In this document: positions 1 to 16,989 of the stretch, piece by piece
Layout of the letters: each line of letters starts with the position of its first letter
Numbering within the stretch: position 1 is the stretch's first letter
DNA from: the human T2T-CHM13v2.0 reference genome, Homo sapiens
Direction: 5' to 3' (one strand)
Assembly (NCBI RefSeq): GCF_009914755.1
Contig: NC_060927.1
DNA length: 64,000 bases
Notes under the pieces: model-generated
Told to the model about the DNA's origin: nothing
Database searches by the model: none
The model's input: the letters and a program-made list of their open reading frames with translations, nothing else
Made by a program: the position numbers and the translations under genes

Positions 1-332
1 AAAAGTAGTTTTGTGCTACTGGAACTTACAGTGGACTTACATGAAGGAAGCTGAGATATTACCTCAAAATGTTATGGCATTTAAGATTTCATGGGAATCT
101 CATAAAAGTATACATCTATGCACACTCTAATTACAAGATTGTATTTAATGATTTTGTTACATACTTCTTTCAGAATTTGGGATAGTGTTATTCACAGCAG
201 ATAATTACAATGCTTTGTAGTTTCACTAGTTTCACTTCTACTTGACATCCGGCTTGGTACCTCTATATGTCTGTTATTATTATATGAATCATTTATACCT
301 TAATTATGAAAACTTACCTACACACCTGTTTT

Positions 333-361
333 TGTGTGTGTGTGTGTATGTGTGTGCGTGT
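333..361. repeat. (TG)n microsatellite
   Basis: Imperfect TG run seen directly. Confidence 0.9.
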
Positions 362-518
362 CTTAACAAATAATTCATATAGCTCCTTGGCTTATTTACT
401 TAATAAAACTGCAGTGGAAATATCATTGAAATTACAGTATTTTCCTTGCCGTCAATTATGGCTTATCTTGTTTCCTTGTTAATGGATACTCTTTACTACT
501 GAGTTACTTTCTTTTCAA

Positions 519-2390
519 TTTTTTTAAAAATTTTAATTGGTAAATTGTAATTGTATATATTTATGAGGTTCAATTTGATTTATTGATACATATGACAATC
601 AAATCAGGGTATTTAGCATATCTATCGCTTCATGAATTTATCATTTCTGTATAGTAAGACCATTCAAAAGCCTCTCTTTGATCTATTTTGTAATACATTA
701 TACGATATTGTTAACCATCATCACCCTACTGTACAATAGAGCATCAGAACTTATTTCTTCTAATAGTAATCTTGTACTATCTGATCAATCTCTTCCCATC
801 TTCCCCTCCCTTCCCCAGTCTCTGTTAACCAGTGTTCTACTCTCTGCTTCCATAATAGCAACTTTTTTTATTTTAGATTCCACATAATAGTGAGATCATG
901 GAGTATTTGTCTTTCTGTGTCTCATCTTTTTTATGGTTGAATAGCATTCCACTGATGATATATACCACATTTTCTTTAAATATTCATCCATTGTTTGACA
1001 CGTGAGTTGATTCCACGTCTTGGCTATTGTGAATAGAGCTGCAATAAACATGGGAGTTAAGACATCTTTTCAACATACTAATTTCACTTTCTTTGGATAT
1101 ATGCCCAGTAATGAGATTGCAAGAACATATGGTAATTCTATTTTTAATTTAATGAGGAACCTCTATAATGTTTTTCATAGTGCTCTATTAATCTGTAATC
1201 CCAACAACAATGTGTAAGTGTTCCCTTTCTCCATATCCTGTCTGACACTTTTGTCTTTGGTAATGGCCATTCTAACTAGAGTCAGGTGTTATCTTGTTGA
1301 GGTTTTGATTAGCATTTCCCTGATGAATAGCGATGTTGAGTTTTTATTCATTTACCTTTGGATATTTGTATGCCTTCTTTTGAAAAGTGACTATTAAGGT
1401 CTTTTGCTGATTTAAAAAAAAATTGGGTTATTTTGTTTTTGAGTTGTTTAAAGTGTTTATATATTATGAATATTAACATTATGTCAGATGGGAAGTTTGC
1501 TAATATTTTCTCACATTCTGCAGGTTGTCCCTTCACTCATTTCCTTTGCTATGCAAAAGCTTTTCAGTTTGATGAAATTCAATTTGCCTATTTTTGAGTT
1601 TGTTGCAGAGCTTTTGAGGTCGTATTTTAAAAATCTTTGCCCAGCCCCAATGTTGTAAAGCATTCACCTATGTTTCCTTCTAGTAGTTTCATAGTTTCAG
1701 GTCTTACATATATGTATGTAAACTATTTTTAGTTTATTTTTGTATATGGTGGGAAGAAGGGTTTTTGTCATATTCTAGTACCATTTATTGAAGAGACTGG
1801 GTTTTCCCCAATTTGCCCTATTGGTACCTGTGTTGAAAATCAGTTGGCTATAGGTAGGCGAATTTATTTCAGGGGCTTCCATTCATTTCATTGATTTATG
1901 TGTTCCATTTTTATGCTAGTGCCATGATGTTTAGGTTACTATAGCCTTGTGGTATATTTTGAAGTTAGGTAATGAGTGTGATACCTCCAGCTTTGTTCTT
2001 TTTCTGTTTAGCATTGCTTTGGCTATTTGAGGTCTTTGTGGTTCCATATACATTTTTGGATTTATTTTTCTATTTCTGTGAAATGTCATTGGTATTTTGA
2101 TAGGAATTGCATCAATTCTGTAGATCTCTTTGGTTGCAATTGGCATTATAACAATATTGATTCTTCCAATCCGTAAACATTGAATATGTCTTCACTTGTT
2201 TGTGTTTTCTTCAATTTATTTAATAAATATTTTATAATTTTCAGTGGAGAGATCTTTTACTTCCTTGCTTAAGTTTATTTTCTTGATTTCTTTTTTAGAT
2301 AGTCTGTTATTGGCATATATAAATGCTACTGATTTTTGTGCATTGATTTTTTATCCTGCAATTTTAATGAACTTGTTTATTAGTTCTAAT

Positions 2391-2421
<31 letters not shown>

Positions 2422-3990
2422 GGTGGAGTCTTTAGGGTTTTTTATATGTCAGGCTCTGCAGGGGTATGAAGCCTCCCTTAGGCTGATTGTCAGGCAGAAA
2501 GCTCTCTCTGCAGGTGGGGAAGTGGGACTGCCTTCGGGCCAGGGGGAGTGGGGCTGCCTCCAGGCTAGTGACTTTTTGGAAAATGTGATGGTGGAAACAA
2601 AGATAAATTCTAAATTTCTGTTTACAGCAACTAGGTTAATGGTATCACTGAGATCCAGAAGAGAGAAGATACAATATGTTGGGTCAATATACCTAAGCAC
2701 TGGGTTAATATACCTAAGCACTGGGCCAAGGGCTGACTGAATGGCTGTGCAGGACTCTCTTCAGCAAGATGGACCACCTCCAGGCTGGCTATTTTGTTGC
2801 TGGCAGGCAAATGAGAGCCTGGCAGCTGTGCAGGATTTTCTATGTTCAGGTGGGCCACCTCTGGGCTGGCTCTCCTGCCAGCATGGGCTGAGTGGCTGTA
2901 CTGGCTCTCTCCAGTAGGCTGGGGCCACCTTCAGTCCTGCTGTCAGGACAAGGATGGGCACATGAGAGTTAGGCAGCTGAGGAGGGCTTTTTCCTAGGGA
3001 AGGCAGGGCACCTCTTGGCTGGCTGTCTAGGTTTCTCTCTGGTAGGGCAAGACCATTTCCCCTGGTGACTGTCATGCTGAGAAAAGGTGCATGCAAAGCT
3101 TGACAACTTTACAATCTCTCCAGTGGAGCAAGGCCACCTCCATGCAGGTTTTCAGCCCAGGGCTGGGTGTATTCAGGCCAGGAAGTTAAGTGGGAGCTTA
3201 TTTTGATGGGGCAAGGCCTCCTTTAAGCAGGTTGTTGAGCCAGGGGTGGGAACATGTGGGCTAGTTTTCTGGGTGAGAGTTCCCTGTTGTGCAGATCCAC
3301 CTGTTTTTCTGGGGGATAGGGTGCCTCATGGTTTCAGCCATTAAGGTCTTGGTCATTCCTTCCTAGGTTGCAGAAGGTAGGGGAATTGCTACTGCAGGCA
3401 TGCATGTTAACTTAGTGGAATGACAGTAGGGTCTTAGGAATGGACGAGGTTGGTGGTCATTGGCTCCCAGGGCAGGACGCGTTGCACCTGTGGGTCTAGT
3501 TTCAAGATGGCACCATGGTGTATCAGCTCAGGTTGTCAGAGTAGAGCATACGATGGGGGTTTCTGCTCTGGAGCAATGTATCCACATGGACTCCCAACAA
3601 CTTTCCACACTGAGCTTGGGGCCTGTGAGGACTGGGGGACCCTCCTGTAGCAATAAAATGTGCCACTCACATCTGTGGCAGTGATGGGGACCACCAAGGG
3701 TCTCTAGATTACCTTTTTGCTGCAAGAATAAGTCCCCTTTGACTCCAATCTGATCCCTGCAGGAGAGATAGTGTGGCCAAGGCAGAATGCTTTGCTCTCC
3801 TCTCTATGTTGGTATACTAGGTTTCTGTGGTCCAGAGGTATTTTGTCATTTCCGTGTTGCTTCATAACATACTTCCTCAGTCACTGCAGTCAAACAGTAG
3901 TTGTAGTTGTTTATTTGTTGTTTTGTTTCCTTTTTGTCAGGGGATGAGAGCCAAATAAGTCTAGTTAGCCTCTTGCTGACATCACTCTAG
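519..3990 (-). mobile_element. Old L1 (L1MA-like) with large internal deletion: 3' UTR and ORF2 3' part (519-2445) joined to GC-rich 5' UTR (about 2448-3990)
   Basis: Minus-strand ORFs resemble the L1 ORF2 C-terminus ([28 protein letters not shown]). The right end reads agagtgatgtcagcaagaggc on the minus strand, like an L1M 5' terminus. Confidence 0.8.
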
Positions 3991-4239
3991 CTCTCTGAAA
4001 CAGTTATTTTCCTTGTTCTCTAACAATGTCAATTTTCTTAAAATTTTGTATGCCACATAATAAAAAAGTAATAAGAGAATTAAAAGTTTAGTTAGTAGTA
4101 TCTACAGGATACTTTTGTCAATCCCAGTGCAAAGTTCTGAGTAGGCCTCAATGTTTTTTTGACTTTTAAAAAACAAACATATAGAAAAATAAATATGATT
4201 ATGTATGTATGATATATTCTTAGATTTCTAATATTAAGT

Positions 4240-4712
4240 ACACTTGGGGACATCAGAGAAGCCTTTACAGAGGAGTTAAATGAGTTAAATGTTAATGAAG
4301 GGTTTGGAGTCAGCAGGATAAAAAATTTTGCTGGTAACATGTTGACATTATTGGGCAGGCTGTGGGGCCAATGAACGTATGTGAGCATGGAACTGGCATG
4401 ATTGCTATGTTTTAGGAAGACCACTATAGGAGATATGAGACCATAGATGAGAGAGAAGAAAGACTGTATTTAGGGAATTGTTCTCCAGGCAAGAGATGAA
4501 AATGGCCTCACCTAGAGGAAATGGAAAGTTTAGGCGATAGAGTTCAATGACAGTTAGGACACAGAATTTATCAAACCTGGTGACTCTCTGGAAAATGTGT
4601 TGGTGGAAACAAAGATAAATTCTAAGTTTCTGTCTCTAGCAGCTGGGTTAATGGTATCACTGAGATCCAGAAGAGAGAAAATACAATATGTTGGGCCAGT
4701 ATACCTAAGCAC
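4240..4712 (-). mobile_element. L2 fragment (degenerate)
   Basis: Purine-rich antisense L2-like motifs (tccaggcaagagatga, atggtatcactgagat). Confidence 0.55.
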
Positions 4713-5169
4713 AAAAGAATCTTGTTTAATTTATCTCTACCCATATTTCTTATATGTGTATACCTTTCCCCTACTTTCCTAGTTTACCTATATATCTTAT
4801 TTCTTGGAGAACTCACAAGTATTAAGCATGCATGATCAAAAAACCCCAACCTGGGATTTCTTGGCCACAAACAACCAACATAAGTTCCAAATTTAAAGAG
4901 GAATATCTGCTCTATAAAATGATATTATAAAATGCCTGGTTCTAATGCCATATAACTCATAATATCATGTTGCAAACTTTATCACTCTTATCCTATTGAT
5001 GGCTTTATTTTAATCAAGAAATAAACTTTTAAAAAATAGGCTAAACTCAGAAAATTTTATGTGCCATTAGTTCCCAACAGTTGAACATATTTGTCTGATT
5101 TTGGATGGTTGGCCAGGATTGGGGAATTTTGTTGGGGTGATAGTGAGATAGTGAGAGACTAAACCATCT

Positions 5170-5330
5170 TATTACTTGCCTGACAGTATGTTGAAATTTT
5201 AATATTATCTCATTTGATTCCTTCAAAAACTGTTACTTAGCACCATTTTATGGATGATGAAACAGACTGAAACAGTTTAAACAACGGGTGTAGAACTAGG
5301 TGGGAACTAGGTTAGCTTTACTCTAAAATG
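5170..5330 (-). mobile_element. MIR fragment
   Basis: Core-like ccattttatggatgatgaaacagactga. Confidence 0.65.
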
Positions 5331-7012
5331 CATGCAATAAGTGCCCATCAGAGTATGTATTTGAAAAAAAAAAAGCACATCCATCTATTTCTTGGAACTA
5401 TAATTTCAAAGATCCACCCAGGTAGCTGAACATAGAATTTCTCTTCAACTCTTTGGATTTTTGACATACTGGATCCAGTCTCTGTGGAGCACATATTTTT
5501 GATCTCTGCTCTAATAATGTCTTCAATGATTGTGTATCTAAGTATTCTGACTCTTTTCTCTCTTTTTTTTTTTTTTTACTTCTTTGCTCCTTTTTATTTT
5601 CTCTACATGATATCCATGGTTAAAATCTATGGTTTCAATCAAGTTATTTTGCTCTCGCTGTGATATGCTATTTATTAAAAACAATTAAGTACCAAAGTTG
5701 TGTAATTCAATGTATTTGTAACATTTTATATACCAAGGTTTCCATGTTTTATGACATGTAATGCCAACATTCATGCTTTGAAAACCACTTTATAATTTTT
5801 TTCAAATTTTCACAAATGTCTTCCTTTGAAAATCAGAACTAAATAATAATAATAATCACTTCAGTAGCTGACCTTACAAGTTGAACCTGCAAAATTAGTT
5901 TTTTCCCCTTGAGTAGTTTATAAGTGATATTCTCCAACCGAGTGATAAATGATAGTATTTGAAATCTCTTTTGCCAACTTTCTTTTTGAAATCACTTAGA
6001 AGTGGGATTTTGGAAACATGAATAGGTGATGTGGTTGAATATAATGTTTACCGTTGTGCCATATAAGTTTCTTAAAAATGTGCTCAGTAATTTTTACAGA
6101 AATGGCTCAAAATGCATATAGAGGACTCACTGACTGTGAGCCTTTCAAGCTTCTGAAAATCTTCATGATAATTTTTATAATTATGTCAGTTTCATTTTCA
6201 CAGCTTTGCAGTGAAGTTCTTCAGTGAGGTTCACCAGTGCTTTTTGTTTTTGTAATGTGTGTTTTAAACTACAGTCATGTGTCACTTAATAATGGGGATA
6301 CATTCTGAGAAACATATCTTAACTGATTTTTATTGTTGCGTGAACACCATAGAGTGTACTTCATAGAGCAAACATTATAGAGTATAAAAATATAGAGGTT
6401 ATAGCTTACTGCAATCCTGGGTTTTACAGTATAGCTTACTGAACATCTAGTCTGTATGGTATAGCCTATTGCTCCTAGGCTGTAAACCTGTAGAGCATAT
6501 TACTATACTGAATATTGCAGGCAATTGGAACACGATGGTAAGTGTTTGTATATTTCAACATATCTAAACATGGAAAAGGTACAGAAAAATATGATATAAA
6601 AGATTAGAAATGGTACATCTCTGTAGGGCCCTTACCATGAATGGATCTTGCAGAGTTGGAAGTTGTTCTGTGTGAGTCAGTAAGTGTGTGGTGAGTGAAT
6701 GCAAAGAACTAGGACATTACTGTAAACTACTATGGACTTTATAAACACTGTAAACTTAAGCCTACATTTATAAAACATATTTTTCTTTCATCAATAATAA
6801 GTTAATCTTAATTGACTCTATCTTTTATACTTTACAAACTTTTTATTATTTTCTTATTGATTCTGTTGTAATAACATTCAGCTTAAAACACAGACACATT
6901 GTACAGCTGTACAAAAATATTTCCTGTTTGTATATTCTTATTCTATATGCTTTTGTTCTATTTTTAATGCTTTCTTAAAATTTTCAATTTTTTTTGCTAA
7001 AAATGAAGATGC

Positions 7013-12290
<5,278 letters not shown>

Positions 12291-12308
12291 AAAATAACAA
12301 AAGTATAA

Positions 12309-12695
<387 letters not shown>

Positions 12696-13330
12696 TATGC
12701 TATACTTTTACATGAGTGGCAGCATAGTAGCTATTTTTATATCAGCATCAACACAAAACATGTGAGTAATGTCTTATGCAAGACATTTTGACAGCTATGA
12801 TGTTATGACAGCTATGACATTATGACAGCCATGACATCCCTAGGCGATAGGAAAATTTTGGCTTCGTTATAATCTTTTGAGACCACCTGTGTTTATTCAG
12901 TCCACCATTGATTGAAACATCATTATTCAGTGCATGACTATGGTGTATTAACTTCTTATTCTCTTTCATTTCTTATCCTGGTTTTGACTTTTATTTTGGA
13001 AATTCTCATAATTACCATCATTTCTTATATCCTTCTAACTCTTAATGTTTTGCTCTTGCAGTTAAAACTCCCTACTTTCCCTCATCACTTTTCGCTTTTA
13101 AGCTTTAATTTGTTACTTTTCCCAACTGAAAATTTTCTATCATCTTCTTTGCTAATCTATGTCTTTGTTTTCTTTGAGACTCTTTTATTCACCCTTTCTG
13201 ATGATGGTAATTTTATTCATTTTCACAAAATTCATTGCAGGCTCAATGTGTGCTAGGAACTGGGCTAGGTGCCAGGAACTTGATGACTACTTTTAAAGTG
13301 TCTTTGGCATAACAGAGTGTCAGGAGAGAA

Positions 13331-13855
<525 letters not shown>

Positions 13856-13868
13856 TAATTAAGAAGTT

Positions 13869-14566
13869 CAGTAGTCTTCCTGAATCCACACTTTTCCTTT
13901 CCACAATTTGTTATCAATGATCATCGTGGTCCAAAAATATTGAATGGAAAATTTTAGAAACAATCAATAAGTGTAAAATTGTGCATCATTCTGAGTGACT
14001 TGATGAGATCTCATTCTGTCCTGCCCAGGATGTGAATCATCCGTATGTCCAGTTTATTCACACTGTAGGTGCCTGTTAGCCACTTAGGATCCATCTCAGT
14101 TATCAGAAGGACTTTCATGGTAATTTGGTGCATGTTTTCAACTCTTATGTTACTTAATAATGGTCCCAAAATGCAAAAGTTATGAGGCTGGCAATTCAGA
14201 TATGCCAGAGAAAAGCTGTAAAGTGATTTCTTTAATTGAAAAGATGAAAGTTTTGAGTTAATTAGGAAAGAAAATTTTATTGAGGTTTCCAAGATCTACT
14301 GTAAGAACATACCTTCTATTTGTAAAATTGTGAAGAAGGAAAGAGAAATCTGTGCTAGTTTAGCTGTCACACCTCAGACTGCAAAAGTTACAGCCACGGT
14401 GTGTGATAATTGCTTAGTTAAGATGGAAAAGGCATTAAATTTGTGGGTGGAAGATATGAACACAAATGTGTTCCGATTGATGTCATTTGGGTTTGGTACT
14501 ATATGTGGTTCAAGCATTCACTAAGGGTCTTGGAATGTATTCTCCTGAGGTTAAGGGGGCCTACTG
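13869..14566 (+). mobile_element. MER44 (Tigger7-derived) DNA element
   Basis: Inverted ends cagtagtc...ggcctactg|ta. ORF 14330-14524 (KMEKALNLWVEDMN) resembles a Tigger/CENP-B-type HTH transposase remnant. Confidence 0.85.
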
Positions 14567-15589
14567 TACCTATAATATAATGTGACAAGAGCCATGGTGA
14601 AATGAAAAGTTTAGAATTGTTAAGGGGTGTCTGGGAGCACAAGGAAGGGACCTGAACTCAGACTGAATTCAACAAGAATTTCTGCATATGAATTCAGCAA
14701 AAGGGAGGTGAAGAAGTTTTTTAGGCATGTGCAAAACTCACCAGGTATGTTAAAAAACGTCCTGGAAGAAATTTTCCAGGCATGCACAAAGACCCAGAAG
14801 GAGAAAGAAAATATGTGTGCACATGGCACTTTATTAGTATTGCAACTGATTCTTTTCTACTCAATCAGTATTTATGTTACTTTCTGTGAACTTACAAACT
14901 TAAGACCTTTCTGGTGTTTATATTTGTATGGATTTTTTGTTATTGTTTAAGAATAGGACTTCTCTATTCCACTTTCATCGTAATTTACCACATGCTATAA
15001 TTCAGCTCATAGATAATGGGTGCTTTATAACTGTTATTGACTAATTTCAGTGCCTGGGGCAGGTCTGTAAATATATTTCCAAGTTTGTCATAATGAGTGA
15101 GGATTGATATGTGTGTTGGTCCTTTTAAAGTGAAGTAAGAATGTGATGATTACAGTGTTTTATTGGCAAACATTCAATTTCAAGTTACTGTTGGTAAAGT
15201 ATGTAGCATGGTGTGTATATATATATATTACAGTATGCAATTGCTATAGGCAAAGGGTTATTCTATTCTGGAGCAAACCACAACCCAGATTTTAAATCAG
15301 AGGCTCCTGGCATTATAAAGAGAGAATGGGTTTTCAATGGTCCAGCTCCCTCATAGAAGAAACTGAGACCTAGAGAGGTAATAAATGAAAGAGACAACTC
15401 CCAATTGCAATCAGAACTTTTTAATGTCATGTTTGCCTTTATTTCTAATACTTTTGAGAAAAACTGTTGTTTGACATTTCTGTACTTTACACAACTTATA
15501 TAGTCAATTTTTACATTAGTAAGCTAGCACACATAATATATAGATTTTTTCAAATTAAAAAGCAATGGATTATAAAGAAAGGAGCTTGA

Positions 15590-15790
15590 GCTTCATATAC
15601 ATATATATGTGTGTAACTACAGCCTATATATATATATTAGCTGCAGACTAATAATGTTTTTATATATTATATATTTGAATATAATAATATGTAATTATTA
15701 CAATATTAAATATATAATATATAATTTGTAAAATATTAATATATATGAATATGAATATATATTTATATTCATTTATTTACTAGTCTAACT
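15590..15790. repeat. AT-rich low-complexity tract
   Basis: TA/ATAAT-rich sequence seen directly. Confidence 0.8.
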
Positions 15791-16029
15791 ACAGCCAAAG
15801 TTAAGGATTTCTAGAGGGAAGAAAGTGGAGATTGTTTTTTATTCTAGGTGCCTTATGGGGGACAAAGCTTAAATAAATTGCCTTAATTCTGTGATATCTT
15901 TGCTTTCTCACATACAAATGAATATTTAAAGATACGTCTCCAATTTGTTGCTCTTGTTTGCTGGGAATTATTTTTGTTGAGTCACAACAGTTAATCTAAG
16001 TTAATATTCACCATGCTTCTATTCAAAAG

Positions 16030-16460
16030 GCAATGCAAATATCATGACTCTCCTTTTACAAATGAGGACCTTGAGGCAACTCAGGATTAGGTTGAACAGT
16101 TTTTTTCAGGTCTCTCAGTTAATAAGTTGCATAACTGATGTCAGTACATGATCTGGGACATCAATGCTGCAGTTCAGCATTCATTCCACTCATCAGAAGA
16201 ACAAGAGGGAGAGAAGGAAGAAGAAGGAAAAGGAAGAGGAAAATTAGAAATTGTTTTTTGTTTATTGTCCATTATTCACAGTGTTTAGCACAGCCATACA
16301 TTAGTGTTTTCAATCTTCGTACTAATCATACATACTTCATACATACTAGATATTATTCTATTTTATAGTTTAGGAAACTGAGTCTCAAAGAAGTTATATT
16401 CTTTGCTTACAGTCACACAGCAAGTATTAGAGATAATCCAAAACTTGTCTTCACACTGCT
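16030..16460 (-). mobile_element. Two MIR fragments (about 16030-16180 and 16270-16460)
   Basis: ccttttacaaatgaggaccttgaggc and attttatagtttaggaaactgagtctcaaag cores. Confidence 0.65.
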
Positions 16461-16699
16461 GCACAAAACTGACTCTGAGCTGTTCCTTATTTCCCTATGG
16501 TTTAAAAAATAAATGTCGTGTAATACACTTTAAATTTGATTTCTGTAGGAAAAGTAGATTAGAAACACTCAAAAACAAAGAAACCAAACTCTGTGAAGCT
16601 TGGTGTACTGGTAATATCAATGCTCTTTTAGGGGAAAATATAAATATGTTTCTGGACTAAAGTGAAAGTAGAGAATTAAAAGTTTATATCAAAACTGAA

Positions 16700-16946
16700 A
16701 CAAAGCAATGTTTTGTGAAGTACACTTTAATAGCCATACAGTGGATCAAAAGATATGATCTCACTTCATAGTAAAACAGGTCCTGCAAGCCCAGGTAACT
16801 CAGGAAGCAGAATGGTAATTATTCACAGAAGAAAGCAGGTAGTATACTGTTACAATACTACAGTAGAAAGTCAGAAGGTCACAAAGCTTGCAGGGTAAGT
16901 GACACAACTTGAAACTGCTTGGCCCTCTTTAAAAAGAAATAATAAA
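16700..16946 (+). promoter_or_regulatory. NAALADL2: Putative CpG-poor proximal promoter / 5' UTR of NAALADL2 exon 1
   Basis: Unique sequence directly upstream of the ATG, with no CpG island and an ETS-like CAGGAAG at 16801. The TSS cannot be fixed from sequence. Confidence 0.5.
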
Positions 16947-16989
16947 ATGGGAGAGAATGAAGCAAGTTTACCTAACACGTCTTTGCAAG
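16947..16989 (+). CDS. NAALADL2: First coding exon (43 nt, phase 1) of N-acetylated alpha-linked acidic dipeptidase-like 2
   Basis: ATG at 16947 in a good Kozak context (aaaATGg) translates MGENEASLPNTSLQ+G. This matches the human NAALADL2 N-terminus as I recall it (MGENEASLPNTSLQGKKMAYQK...). It is followed by a consensus donor AAG|GTAAGT. No later exon is recognisable in the window. Confidence 0.92.

Noticed and set aside
2420-4782. Paralogous small proteins sharing VETKINSKFL...LMVSLRSRREKIQYVG
   Set aside because: Translation of the 133-bp DNA duplication; non-ATG starts in repeat-derived sequence.
14330-14524. Transposase-like ORF as a TIGD-type gene
   Set aside because: 64-aa remnant inside non-autonomous MER44 with no catalytic domain.
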